This document shows, piece after piece, positions 53,454 through 63,194 of a stretch of DNA of 64,000 nucleotides; positions within the stretch are counted from its first letter, which is position 1; every line of letters starts with the position of its first letter. Below the pieces are notes generated by a model. That model was not told the origin of the DNA and made no database searches. It saw only the letters and a list, made by a program, of their open reading frames with translations. A program made the translations under genes and the position numbers. This DNA comes from a virus, in IMG/VR virus record IMGVR_UViG_3300005541_000008, positions 1 through 64,000 of that record; one strand, 5' to 3'.

Positions 53454-54029
53454 ATGAAGGGGATTATTGATAAGGAGCAGGCTAAGAAAGCAGTCTCGTC
53501 ACTACTCGAGTTTTTTCACGTTCCGGATTCGGACGGGATTTACACGGAAACGCCCGAGCGGTTTTTGAACGCGCTTTATGAGATTGTAGGGGGGCAGGGA
53601 GTTGCAGCGCCGTCGCTTAGGACCTTCGAGACCAAGAGCTCGTCGGACATTGTGTTCTTCGGGCCTCTGAAAAGCACGAGTTTATGTCCACACCACCTCT
53701 TCCCGTATCTCGTGGAGGCGTTCTTTGCGTACACGCCGGGTGAGAGGGTGGTAGGGATTAGCAAACCCGGGCGTCTCCTGCAATGGGTGTGTAGTAGAAC
53801 GGGACTCCAAGAGGAGATGGGCGGAGCGTTTCTCGATGAGTTCGAGAAGCAAGTGCCGAATAAGGGCGCGATGCTCCTCCTTAAGGGGTGGCATTTGTGT
53901 GCTTCGATCCGCGGCGCAAAGCAAAGTGAGGCCGAGACGATTACAATCGACACACGAGGAGTTTTCCACACGCAGCACGCCCAGGATAGGTTTATTAGCC
54001 TCGTGAAGCTTGCAAGAGGGGCTGCGTGA
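53454..54029 (+). CDS. folE: GTP cyclohydrolase I
   Basis: ETPER, SLCPHHLFP, GISK, LQE, HLC...RG. Confidence 0.9.
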   Translation: MKGIIDKEQAKKAVSSLLEFFHVPDSDGIYTETPERFLNALYEIVGGQGVAAPSLRTFETKSSSDIVFFGPLKSTSLCPHHLFPYLVEAFFAYTPGERVVGISKPGRLLQWVCSRTGLQEEMGGAFLDEFEKQVPNKGAMLLLKGWHLCASIRGAKQSEAETITIDTRGVFHTQHAQDRFISLVKLARGAA

Positions 54030-55063
54030 GGCATCCAGCCGCGTATCCGTCATCGAAGTGCGAGAAGTGTCCGTTACTTGAGCGCGTCGACAAGTACCAC
54101 GTGAGCGCCGAGAAGCCGGACACTGCGCGCATTGCTCTCGTGGGCGAGGCGCCCGGGGAGAAGGAGGTGACGTTGCGCAGGCCGTTTGTCGGGCGCTCGG
54201 GAATCCTTATGGACCAGCTCATTGCTGCTGCGGGGATTCGGCGCTCGGAGTGTGTCGTGACGAATGTGCTTAAGTGTCAGCCGCAGGGGAATAAGCTCCC
54301 AAACGATTACCAACTCGACATCGCAATCGGTTGTTGTTCTGAGATCCTCGCCGAGGATACCTCGGGCGTCGAGGTGATAGTGGGTTTTGGGGCGACGCCT
54401 CTCCGCGCGTTTATGCGACTCGACCGGATTACGCAACGCCGGGGCTCTGTGTACAGACTCCCCTCAGGGCAGCTTTATGTTGCGACCCTCCACCCGGCAT
54501 TTCTCCTCCGCGGCACGTTCGTACAAGCGAAGCAAGACGAGACGAAGGTGCTCCCGCCTCAGGTCGTGATAAATGACTTGCGTAAGGCGCGGAGGATATT
54601 GGATGGGAGTTTTGAGGAGGTCGTCGAGAACTTTGTGCTGTATCCCACCGCTGATGATATGATGGCGTTCCTAGAGCGCCTCGAAGAACCTGACGTCCTC
54701 GTCGGCGTGGATATTGAAACGACGTATGTTGACACGTGGAGAAGTGCACAACTCCGTACGATAGCGTTCGCGTTTCCCGATCTCGCGATTGCGGTTGCTG
54801 CGGATACCGATGAGAATTTGATGTTTATTATCGAGGCGCTCGAGAGTCCCGCGAGGAAGGTGTTTCACAACGGGATTTTCGATGTGAGCGTCCTCGAGGA
54901 GACGGGCTTTGAGGTCGTGAATTGGTTCGCCGACGACCAATACATGCACCACCTCGGGTATGCAGAGCTCCCGCATTCGTTAGCCTTTGTGCAGAGTATT
55001 TATAATAATATGCCCTACCATAAGGACATGAGGGATGAGATCGCCGAGGAGTATGAAAAATGA
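54026..55063 (+). CDS. Family-4 uracil-DNA glycosylase fused to the N-part of a 3'-5' exonuclease (N-half of split DNA polymerase)
   Basis: VGEAPG..E..PFVG.SG, TNVLKC, HPAF; then DIET (ExoI) and HNGIFD (ExoII). Confidence 0.85.
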   Translation: MRHPAAYPSSKCEKCPLLERVDKYHVSAEKPDTARIALVGEAPGEKEVTLRRPFVGRSGILMDQLIAAAGIRRSECVVTNVLKCQPQGNKLPNDYQLDIAIGCCSEILAEDTSGVEVIVGFGATPLRAFMRLDRITQRRGSVYRLPSGQLYVATLHPAFLLRGTFVQAKQDETKVLPPQVVINDLRKARRILDGSFEEVVENFVLYPTADDMMAFLERLEEPDVLVGVDIETTYVDTWRSAQLRTIAFAFPDLAIAVAADTDENLMFIIEALESPARKVFHNGIFDVSVLEETGFEVVNWFADDQYMHHLGYAELPHSLAFVQSIYNNMPYHKDMRDEIAEEYEK

Positions 55064-56373
55064 GCGACGACCTAACCCTACTCACGTATAACTGTCGGGA
55101 TGCGTTGTCGACGGTGCTCTCCGCCGAGCCTTTATTAAGGGAGCTCGAGACCGACGGCCTGAGCGAGTTCTACTTCCGGATTGTGCAGCCCATGGCACAG
55201 ATCATCGTCAAGATGAACCGGAAGGGCATCTTCGTCGACACTGCGAAGCGCAACGCGGCCGTAACAACCGTCGAAGCAGAGATCGAAGAACTCGAGCATA
55301 AATTCGCGGATCTCGTCGGACGGCCGATGAACGTGAATGGTGCGGAGTTTGGGGATTTCCTCTTCGGAGAATTAGGGCTGCGCGGCTCGCGTCGCGGGGA
55401 CTCCGGACGCTGGCAGGCGGATGAGGAGACGCTGAAACGGGTGTTGCGCGAGTACCCAGACGTCGCGCCCGCAATAAACATGGGGCTCGATATTAGGGCG
55501 AAGAAGAAGATCATCTCCACGTTTCTCCTCCACGCAATCCCCGAGGAGGATAGCCGGGTTCACCCCTCCTTCAAGATCGGTCCCACGACCGGGCGCTTAG
55601 CCTGTCGGCGCCCTAACTTCCAAAACCATCCCGCAGGGGTGTGTAGGAGCGTGTATTGTGCGCCGCCGGGGTTTGTACTCGTGGGGGCGGACTACTCTCA
55701 GCTCGAGATCCGGATCCTCGCAGTCCTCGCTAACGACGCGCCTCTCCTCGAGGCTTTCGCAAACGGGTGGGATATCCACAACACCAATGCCTGGGTGTTG
55801 TTTGGTCTCGAGCAGGGCTCGCCGGTCACAAAACTCCAACGGGTCATCGCGAAGATGTTCCTCTACGGCCTTATGTACGGGGCGGATGACGACACCCTCC
55901 ATACGAACCTGTGTCGTGATATCCCCGAAGGTGTGCCGATGAGTGTTGTGAAGACAATGACCTCGAGGTTCTTTGCTGCGCACCCTGCAATCCGCGCCTT
56001 CCGAACAGTACTCGAGAACAATGTCCGGACGAAGCGGAGACTCGTAAACGCGTTTGGAAGGCGGCGCCTCTTTTTCGGGGAGATACAGAGCGCGATTCGT
56101 CAGGGCTATAACTTCCCGATGCAGGGTGGGGGCGCGGATCTCATTAGCGACCGGATGATCAAGCTCGATCGAGAGATTAGGATCCCGCCGGTTCTCCAGG
56201 TGCACGACTTTGTCGCGTATGAGGTTGAGGAGTCCCGAGGGCAAGAGCACGCGGTGGTCTTGAAGCAAGTGCTCGAGGAGAAGTGCCCCGAGCTTAGTGG
56301 GTACTCATTCCCCGTGGAGACTAAAGTGGTGCAGAATTGGGCGCAGTTCGATCCGGAGTATGCGGATTTGTAG
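55060..56373 (+). CDS. polA: Family A DNA polymerase, polymerase domain
   Basis: TTGRL...PNFQN, DYSQLEIR (motif A), R..AK..LYG..YG (B), QVHD (C); ExoIII YNCRD at the N-terminus. Confidence 0.92.
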   Translation: MSDDLTLLTYNCRDALSTVLSAEPLLRELETDGLSEFYFRIVQPMAQIIVKMNRKGIFVDTAKRNAAVTTVEAEIEELEHKFADLVGRPMNVNGAEFGDFLFGELGLRGSRRGDSGRWQADEETLKRVLREYPDVAPAINMGLDIRAKKKIISTFLLHAIPEEDSRVHPSFKIGPTTGRLACRRPNFQNHPAGVCRSVYCAPPGFVLVGADYSQLEIRILAVLANDAPLLEAFANGWDIHNTNAWVLFGLEQGSPVTKLQRVIAKMFLYGLMYGADDDTLHTNLCRDIPEGVPMSVVKTMTSRFFAAHPAIRAFRTVLENNVRTKRRLVNAFGRRRLFFGEIQSAIRQGYNFPMQGGGADLISDRMIKLDREIRIPPVLQVHDFVAYEVEESRGQEHAVVLKQVLEEKCPELSGYSFPVETKVVQNWAQFDPEYADL

Positions 56374-56899
56374 GAGGAGATCATGACACCGAAGGAAAAC
56401 GTATTAAATATGGAATCGAGCGCGATATGTCTTCCCGTAAAGGTAAAGTATAGCGGACACCTAGAAGACCCTATCAAAACCGACGAGATAAAAGCGGAGT
56501 TCGAGATCCATATCACGGAAGGGCCGATCGCGGGGATTTGGGGGAACGCCAGCACGGAGGAAGAAGCATGGATAAGGGCGGAGGAGAGGCTATTACGATT
56601 CCACCTAGCGCAAAAAGCTGGGGAGGCACAAGGATCGAAGAGCTCGTCGGAAAGCTCGAGCGAAGAGAAATCGGCTTAGGCGACTTCTACACGGGTGCGC
56701 TGGAGATTGCGACCGACCACTTTATGGCGACGGCATCGCGACGCGAGGCCGAGCTCGTCGAGGCGCTCCGTGAGGTCGCGACGCGCAACCACAAAGACCT
56801 CCACAACGCCTATCAACAAGCGGGACACGTCATACCGCACTTTGAGGACTGTCACGCTCCTGCGTGCGTGTTAGCCCGGGAAACTTTGGAGAAGCGGAG

Positions 56900-57670
56900 A
56901 TGAAAATACGGATAGCTCACGAGACCCCAACACAGTACATTGAGTACACGCAACGCATCACAGACTATGATTTTGCGATCGCATCGATGGTGCTTAAGAA
57001 TAAATTCTACGCAGGGATGTTTGCCCGACGCGCCGCAGGGCGCCTTCTCATTCTCGATAACGGCTTCTTCGAAGATGGCGCGCCGCAGTCCTCCGACGAG
57101 CTGTTAGCTGCTGCAGATCTCGTACGCGCGGATTATGTTGTCGCTCCCGACGTGCTCGGGGATAAGAAGAAAACCCTCGAGCTGTATGAACCGTTCATGG
57201 AGAAATTCGCAAGCCCTAAATACCGTCTCGCCGCGGTTGTAGTGGGGAGCGACGCCAAGGAGCTCGTGGAGTGTTATGAGTATTATGCTAAGGACCCGCG
57301 CGTCGACATGTACTGCTGGGCGTTTGGGTCGGATAGGAGAGAAGCGCTTCGAATACTCCGACACAGCGCGAGGAGCGCGGGCGTGGACACCTCCCGACGT
57401 CACCACCTCTTCGGCTTCCGTACTCTCGAAGAGCTCGCAGCGTGCGTCTCATACCTCGAAGAGGTGGACGAGGTCACCATCGACACCTCGAAACCCGCAT
57501 CCGCAGCTTTCGCGGGAAAGCAGCTCGAAGACCTAGGGCGAAAGGCTTACGCACGGCCCGATTGGAACCAGGCACTCGACCCAGGACTGCTCTCCTTTAA
57601 CATAGGGGTTTTCCGTGGGTGGATGCAGAGTGTAGCGCGTGCGCCGGAAGCATTTACGAGGGGTGCGTGA
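56900..57670 (+). CDS. TGT-fold, DpdA-like 7-deazaguanine DNA transglycosylase candidate
   Basis: ILDNGFFE, APDVLGD, HHLFG, IDTSKP follow TGT/DpdA motif order; lies among replication genes in a genome with folE/queCDE. Confidence 0.6.
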   Translation: MKIRIAHETPTQYIEYTQRITDYDFAIASMVLKNKFYAGMFARRAAGRLLILDNGFFEDGAPQSSDELLAAADLVRADYVVAPDVLGDKKKTLELYEPFMEKFASPKYRLAAVVVGSDAKELVECYEYYAKDPRVDMYCWAFGSDRREALRILRHSARSAGVDTSRRHHLFGFRTLEELAACVSYLEEVDEVTIDTSKPASAAFAGKQLEDLGRKAYARPDWNQALDPGLLSFNIGVFRGWMQSVARAPEAFTRGA

Positions 57671-58815
57671 GCTGGTTGGAGCAGTACGTTGCCTACGCAG
57701 GCAATACGGAAGCACCGAAACAATTTCACTGGTGGGCGGGGGCTACAATTCTCGGAGCAGCGCTACGACGCAACGTTTCCTTCCAACAGGAGTATTTTGC
57801 GACCTACCCTACGCTCTGGACACTTGTCGTAGCCCCCTCCGGGACTAAGAAAACGTCTGCTGCGACTATTGCTCACAACATCGTCTCGAAGATTGAGGGC
57901 GTTCGGATCTTAGCAGACCGCATCACCCCCGAGGCGCTTGCGGACGCGCTAGGCGAGGCTGATGAATCAGGGCACATCGAATCGCAAGGCCTGATCTACG
58001 CACCAGAGCTCGTGGGGTTCTTAGACAAGCGCTCATATAACGAGGCGATGGTAAACTTCATGCTCCGTCTTGCTGACTTCCCAGAGAAGTGGGTGACTCA
58101 AACCCGAGGAGGAGGGCGCGTTGAGCTTCGCAACGTCGCAGTGAGCTTTCTCGGGGCGACTGCAAACGACCTCCTCTACGAGGCAGTACCCGCCCTCGCC
58201 CTTAAATCGGGTTTCCTGGCCCGGTTTATCTGCGTGTACTCCGCCGGGAGCAATATGGCCGTGCCCTTCATGTGGAAGGACCGAGTGCTCGAGAAGGAAG
58301 TGCTCAACAGCCTCTACGACCTTTCCCTCCTCCGAGGGGAAATGGTAATGGGGAGACCGGCGCGGGATTGGTATATATCATTCTACTACGACCACAAAGC
58401 GATGATGGGAAAAGAGGCCTCGTCGAAGCTACGCGCCTACTACGAAAGGAAACCCGACCACCTCCTCCGCCTTGCAATGATCACGTCTATCGCCCGCTCA
58501 CGTCGGTGTGAGTTTAGCGTCCGCGCATTCGAAGAAGCCCTAGCACGTCTCGAGGAGGCCGAGAAGGGGCTTCCCTACCTCTACGACGAGATTGAAGCGA
58601 GCGACATGGGACGGTATCAAATCCGGGTGTTAGAGCAACTCGATCGTGCCGGGGGACACCTCTCCCACACAGACCTCGTGAGGCGGAACGCGGCGGTTGT
58701 TGGGGACGCGGCTGTGATTAAGAGGGTCGTGCAGACGCTTATTGAGAGCGGCCTTATGGTGATGGAGAGGTCGGCAACCGGGGCGATTGCGTATCGCAGG
58801 AGGAAGGTGTCGTAA
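57667..58815 (+). CDS. DUF3987/YfjI-like P-loop protein (putative replicative helicase) with C-terminal wHTH
   Basis: EAP..FH.W, APSGTKKT, TPEAL, SGFLARF. Confidence 0.75.
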   Translation: MSWLEQYVAYAGNTEAPKQFHWWAGATILGAALRRNVSFQQEYFATYPTLWTLVVAPSGTKKTSAATIAHNIVSKIEGVRILADRITPEALADALGEADESGHIESQGLIYAPELVGFLDKRSYNEAMVNFMLRLADFPEKWVTQTRGGGRVELRNVAVSFLGATANDLLYEAVPALALKSGFLARFICVYSAGSNMAVPFMWKDRVLEKEVLNSLYDLSLLRGEMVMGRPARDWYISFYYDHKAMMGKEASSKLRAYYERKPDHLLRLAMITSIARSRRCEFSVRAFEEALARLEEAEKGLPYLYDEIEASDMGRYQIRVLEQLDRAGGHLSHTDLVRRNAAVVGDAAVIKRVVQTLIESGLMVMERSATGAIAYRRRKVS

Positions 58816-58816
58816 A

Positions 58817-59071
58817 ATGAGGGGAGAAACGAAAGAAGGTGGAATAACTGCTCGCGAGATAATGCAAGCAATCGTAACTTGGAAGCCGCCGATATTTCCC
58901 CGCGACCTACACACAAAACTCGGTATACCGACGGAGCAGTGTGGTCGCAGGATGCAGGTGCTTCATCATTGGGGATGCGTAAAATACGCGGAGCCGGGGA
59001 AGCGTGGGTGGCGCGGCTATGAGGTCACGGAGTGGGGAAGGAGATATGCAAGAGGAAAAGAGGAAGTGTAG
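58817..59071 (+). CDS. Small winged-HTH protein
   Basis: DLHTKLGI...RRMQVL...G.V...YEVTEWG. Confidence 0.55.
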   Translation: MRGETKEGGITAREIMQAIVTWKPPIFPRDLHTKLGIPTEQCGRRMQVLHHWGCVKYAEPGKRGWRGYEVTEWGRRYARGKEEV

Positions 59072-60836
59072 TAAGTGTGGACTCGAAAAGGGCGCCGGAG
59101 ATTTCTACGTCGGGCCCGGTAATTGGTGTAAAGAGTGCAGAAGAAGCTATGTGCGAGGACGCCGGTCTACTCGTAGAGAGCGCGGTAAGCAGCGTCTCTA
59201 TCCTGAGCAGTGGCCTATTCTTTTACAGCACGTAACAAATAAGGAAGCGCTCCTCCTTTTTGACTTACTGCAGAGTTGCGGATTACGCCCCACAGAAGCG
59301 CTCGCTCTCAGAGCCGAGAGTTTTGATTTTTCTCGAGGTACCGTAACGGTAAAGAATACAGATCGCGGGGAAGAGAGAACCCTAATCATGCTCGTGCGTG
59401 CGGATTTGCTAATCGCTTTGGAGGAAAGGAAGGGGTCCATCGATATAAAGCCCCAGATAGCCCGTAAGGTTTTTAGAGAGGCAGTAGCTGCCGGAAAGTC
59501 TGCTCTCGAGAAAGTCACAGAGGAGTATCCTAACGAGGAAAAGCCGGACACGGATGGTCTGAGTATGGCGTCGCTCCGCTACACCTTCGGCCTGCGCCTC
59601 TACAGCATCGGTGCACGAGAGCCCGAGTTTTCCGCTCTCCTTCGGCTCAGATCACGCGAGCCAGTGTGGCCTAACTTCGAGCTTATGAACGAACTCCTAA
59701 AGAAAAGCTGGGAACAGCAACCAAGACTCTGGACTCCGCGTGAGACTTTGGTGGTTTATAATAAGGACGGACTCAAGAAGTGCACACGATGCAGCCAGGA
59801 GAAACCTCCGGAACAGTTCACTCCCGGAGTGAGTAGGTGTCTACAATGCGTTAATGAAGTAGTCCAACCTTATATGGAGAAGCGTAAGAAGGGAGAAGAC
59901 GGTAAACGCAACAAACGCAAGAAAGCGTGGTATGTGTATCCAGATCGCGCGAAGTGGTCACCTAGAGAGAGAATACTCTATCCTGAGCAGTGGCCGAGAT
60001 TCTGGCGGGCTGTGAAGGAGTATAAGTTCCGGATGATCTTCGATCTTATGCAGAGCTGCGGACTCCGTGCTAGAGAAGCCCTCTATATCGGACCGAAGGA
60101 CTTTGACTTCGACCGCGGAGTACTTGCCGTGCGCACGCTAAAACAAGTAGAACGACCAGTGCACGACGTGTTTGTGCGTCCTGACATACTAAGGAGGCTA
60201 AGGAGTATAAAAGTAGACACGGAAGGAAGATACTTCGACTTCGAGTACCCAACCCTATGGGACGAGTTTAAAAGGGTCGCCAAAGAAGTAGGCCTCGATC
60301 CGAAACTCGGAACACACGCGCTACGTCATTGTTGTGCGGTAAGACTAGGGCGGCTTCCTTCTGCAAACGAGATGCAAGCTAGAGCTCTCCTTCGACACAG
60401 TCCAATCAACGTAACACAAGGCTACGCGCAGCCTATAGAAGACCCGCTAAAGCATCAGGAGATTTGGGATCAGTCTTGGACCGAGCAAGAGTGGATCTGG
60501 ATAGCTCTCTTAACAGGGGCTCCTGATTGGGATCAGAGTGAACTAGGATGGATAGAAGAAGATCGCAAACGCGCGACTCGTGACGGATGGATAGATCCCG
60601 AGAGGTGGCAGGCCCTCGTAGACTCGTTGGGGAATAAATGTCTCTGTTGCTGGAAGCAGCCTCCTGATACGACGCTCTACGCAGATCATATAGTTCCGCC
60701 GAGCGCCGGAGGGTTGTGGATCGAGTCCAATCTTCAGCCTCTTTGCCGCACCTGCAATAGCTCGAAGGGTGCAAGGAAGGTAAACTTTCGCAAAAACCCC
60801 CAAGCGGATAGGTCATGGTGCGCTCATCCCCGCTAA
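59046..60836 (+). CDS. Zn finger-tyrosine recombinase (degenerate)-Zn finger-tyrosine recombinase-HNH fusion
   Basis: Duplicated LYPEQWP...FDL.QSCGLR..EAL; second copy has R, K, HALR, H, Y; C-terminal CLCC...DHIVP..GG....NLQPLCRTCNSSKG. Confidence 0.8.
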   Translation: MQEEKRKCSKCGLEKGAGDFYVGPGNWCKECRRSYVRGRRSTRRERGKQRLYPEQWPILLQHVTNKEALLLFDLLQSCGLRPTEALALRAESFDFSRGTVTVKNTDRGEERTLIMLVRADLLIALEERKGSIDIKPQIARKVFREAVAAGKSALEKVTEEYPNEEKPDTDGLSMASLRYTFGLRLYSIGAREPEFSALLRLRSREPVWPNFELMNELLKKSWEQQPRLWTPRETLVVYNKDGLKKCTRCSQEKPPEQFTPGVSRCLQCVNEVVQPYMEKRKKGEDGKRNKRKKAWYVYPDRAKWSPRERILYPEQWPRFWRAVKEYKFRMIFDLMQSCGLRAREALYIGPKDFDFDRGVLAVRTLKQVERPVHDVFVRPDILRRLRSIKVDTEGRYFDFEYPTLWDEFKRVAKEVGLDPKLGTHALRHCCAVRLGRLPSANEMQARALLRHSPINVTQGYAQPIEDPLKHQEIWDQSWTEQEWIWIALLTGAPDWDQSELGWIEEDRKRATRDGWIDPERWQALVDSLGNKCLCCWKQPPDTTLYADHIVPPSAGGLWIESNLQPLCRTCNSSKGARKVNFRKNPQADRSWCAHPR

Positions 60837-61112
60837 CAAGTTTCACGAGCTTTTAATCCTATTAGGAATTGAACTAACATTTCTTAGTTCAGTAGAGAGG
60901 TGAACTTTGTTATAGGAGGGCATAAGAGATGAATCCAACAGCTAAGCTAATCCTCACAATACTCTCTACTGTAGTTGTAACGGCCCTATTTATCTTCGGC
61001 TTCGAGGTGTGGAAGAATGGGCCTCCGGCTTCACCGAGCTTTGCGTTTGGGTATTATGAGAAGGGGAATGTGTGGAATAGGATTCATATTGATGAGAAGG
61101 GAAGGGTGTTGT

Positions 61113-61539
61113 GTGCTAAGGAGTGATGTCACGGAGTTCAGGGGGGCGTTTAGGTTCCTGAGCAATTTCTACCCCTCTGAAGTGCTGTGCGATGGGCTTA
61201 AGTTCCGGACTGTGGAGCATGCGTATCAGGCAGCGAAGTTTAGGGATTGGGATCAGAAGCTAAAGATTAGGAAGGCGAGGTTTCCGAGTGAAGCAAAGCG
61301 TCTAGGCAAAGCGCTCGGGATCAGGGAGGATTGGGACGAGGTTAAGGTCGGGGTGATGGAAGAGTTGCTTAGGCAGAAGTTTGCCCCGGGAAGGCCCTTA
61401 CACGTTTTGCTTGTTGCAACCCGCCCGCGAACGCTAATCGAGGGGAATAATTGGGGGGATAAGTTTTGGGGGGGTGTGTAATGGGGTTGGGGAAAATGTG
61501 TTAGGAAAGCTACTCATGAAGATTAGGGAGGAGCGATGA
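61113..61539 (+). pseudogene. NADAR (YbiA-like) family gene interrupted by an extra G in a G7 run
   Basis: FLSNFY, TVEHAYQAAK, LIEGN.WGD.FWG; removing one G at 61468-61474 restores VCNGVGENVLGKLLMKIREER, ending in an ATGA overlap with mazG. Confidence 0.75.
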
Positions 61540-61859
61540 CGATTCAGGAGTACCAAGATCAGGTCGGTGATGTGCTTAATCAGAGATGGAACTTTCCCGA
61601 CTCAACGGGGATTGCGTATTGCGGCCTCGGACTTGCGGGCGAGGCAGGGGAGTGTGCTGAGGAGATTAAAAAGGCCTTGCGCTACTCGAAGGGGCACTTT
61701 GATAAAGGCCGTAAGGCTAAGCTCCAGAGCGAACTTGGTGACGTTTTGTATTACATGGCCCGGGTTGCGAACGAAGTGGGGATTAGGCTCGAGGACGTGT
61801 TGAGCGCTTCGATCGATAAAATGTATCAGCGCCTCAACCACGGGAAGGACGGGGAGTGA
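61536..61859 (+). CDS. mazG: MazG-like nucleotide pyrophosphohydrolase
   Basis: LGLAGEAGE..E.IKK, ELGDVLYY. Confidence 0.88.
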   Translation: MTIQEYQDQVGDVLNQRWNFPDSTGIAYCGLGLAGEAGECAEEIKKALRYSKGHFDKGRKAKLQSELGDVLYYMARVANEVGIRLEDVLSASIDKMYQRLNHGKDGE

Positions 61860-62103
61860 CCTTCGACGAGACGATAAAGAAGATCCACCTCTTGAGAGTG
61901 AGTGCTGTAGAGCTCGCTATGCACTTCCACGAACGCTATCATGATAAGAGGGTGGAGTGGAGAGTGTGTAAGGATCCACTTTGTGCGAGAGCTAAGTACC
62001 TTTTTGGCGAGATGTGATTTTGGTTCAAAAGAGCGACTAGAGCGCTTCAAATCCTTTCATAACTGCGATATACAAAGAGATTCTAAGTTTAGAGGGGTTT
62101 AGT

Positions 62104-62589
62104 ATGCATCACGGCCAACCTTTCTTCTTTCTCTCTACAAGCAGCGTTCGAACCTCGATGCCCCCTTTAATGAGCTTTGCCACAGCTACCTTTTCGGTAC
62201 ATTGGGGCGAGGAGAAAGGTTTCCTCGACTCAAAGAACAGGCCCTGTCAGTATAGGATGATAAGACTCAACTCAATAGTGTTTGACGGCGATTGCATCGT
62301 ACACGCGCTCTACGTTGACGATCGAGTCGAAGCGACTTGTCCAGTGGATAGGGGTCCTTTCCTTTACCTAGGGTTCGACGTCGCGCAACACCAAGTGCTT
62401 AGAGTGTGTTGTTCCGCCGTTTACACTTTTGCGATCGATCCCGAGAGAGGGTGGAGCGCTAAGGATCTTCTTGTGTGCTCAGGATGCGGCGTGGTGCAAG
62501 AGAAAAGGTGGGATGAGGAGCACACGTTGTGTAAAGAGTGTTTTGTAGAGATGCTCGGGATAAAGACCTATCACGGAGTTGTGAGATGA
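62104..62589 (+). CDS. Hypothetical beta protein with C-terminal Zn finger, paralog of the next gene
   Basis: GFLDSKNRPCQYR, LRVCCSA, CSGCGVVQ, EHTLC shared with 62586-63194. Confidence 0.65.
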   Translation: MHHGQPFFFLSTSSVRTSMPPLMSFATATFSVHWGEEKGFLDSKNRPCQYRMIRLNSIVFDGDCIVHALYVDDRVEATCPVDRGPFLYLGFDVAQHQVLRVCCSAVYTFAIDPERGWSAKDLLVCSGCGVVQEKRWDEEHTLCKECFVEMLGIKTYHGVVR

Positions 62590-63194
62590 AACGCCATAGT
62601 CAAAAATTCCTCGTAAAGGCGCGACGACGCAGAGTGACGAAGCACCGCAACCCCGCTTTCGAGTTTATGCAAAACGCCCTCGTAGCGATAGTGCGCGGAA
62701 TCCCTAGTAAAATCGAGGACCTCTGGCAACCCTTATACGAGCGTGTCTATTCCCGGTGCGAAGAGCTAGGGTTTCTCGACACTAAGAACCGGCCGTGTCG
62801 TTATAGGAGGATAAGGATCTTACGGGTTGAGTTTGATGGCCCTTGTAGACTGCACGTGCTTTATAGGGGCAATGTGCGCTTGCTAACCGGTTCCCGCGGC
62901 CCCTACGTAAACTCGTACTGCGCGCCGGAGGTAGAGATTAAACGACACGAGGAGTTGAGAGTGTGCTGTTCTGCAGCGTACGTCTTCGAGATTATTGATC
63001 GCCGACACAAACCCCGTGGTCGTGCTTACCCTGTAGGACGGCGTACGTGTTCGGGGTGTGGTGTGGTGCAGAAGTATAAGCACCCAGAACACACTCTGTG
63101 TTTGGGGTGTTTTAGGGAGATGATCGGGGTTCCAACCTATCTCGTGGGGATGAAAGAGTGGCGTCCCGGGTTTAAAGGAGGTGGGAGTGACTGA
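62586..63194 (+). CDS. Chimeric protein: basic leader, MCP-like EDLWQPLYER segment, paralogous Zn-finger domain
   Basis: EDLWQPLYER vs EDLWQPLYDR in 5109-5795; remainder matches 62104-62589. Confidence 0.65.
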   Translation: MKRHSQKFLVKARRRRVTKHRNPAFEFMQNALVAIVRGIPSKIEDLWQPLYERVYSRCEELGFLDTKNRPCRYRRIRILRVEFDGPCRLHVLYRGNVRLLTGSRGPYVNSYCAPEVEIKRHEELRVCCSAAYVFEIIDRRHKPRGRAYPVGRRTCSGCGVVQKYKHPEHTLCLGCFREMIGVPTYLVGMKEWRPGFKGGGSD

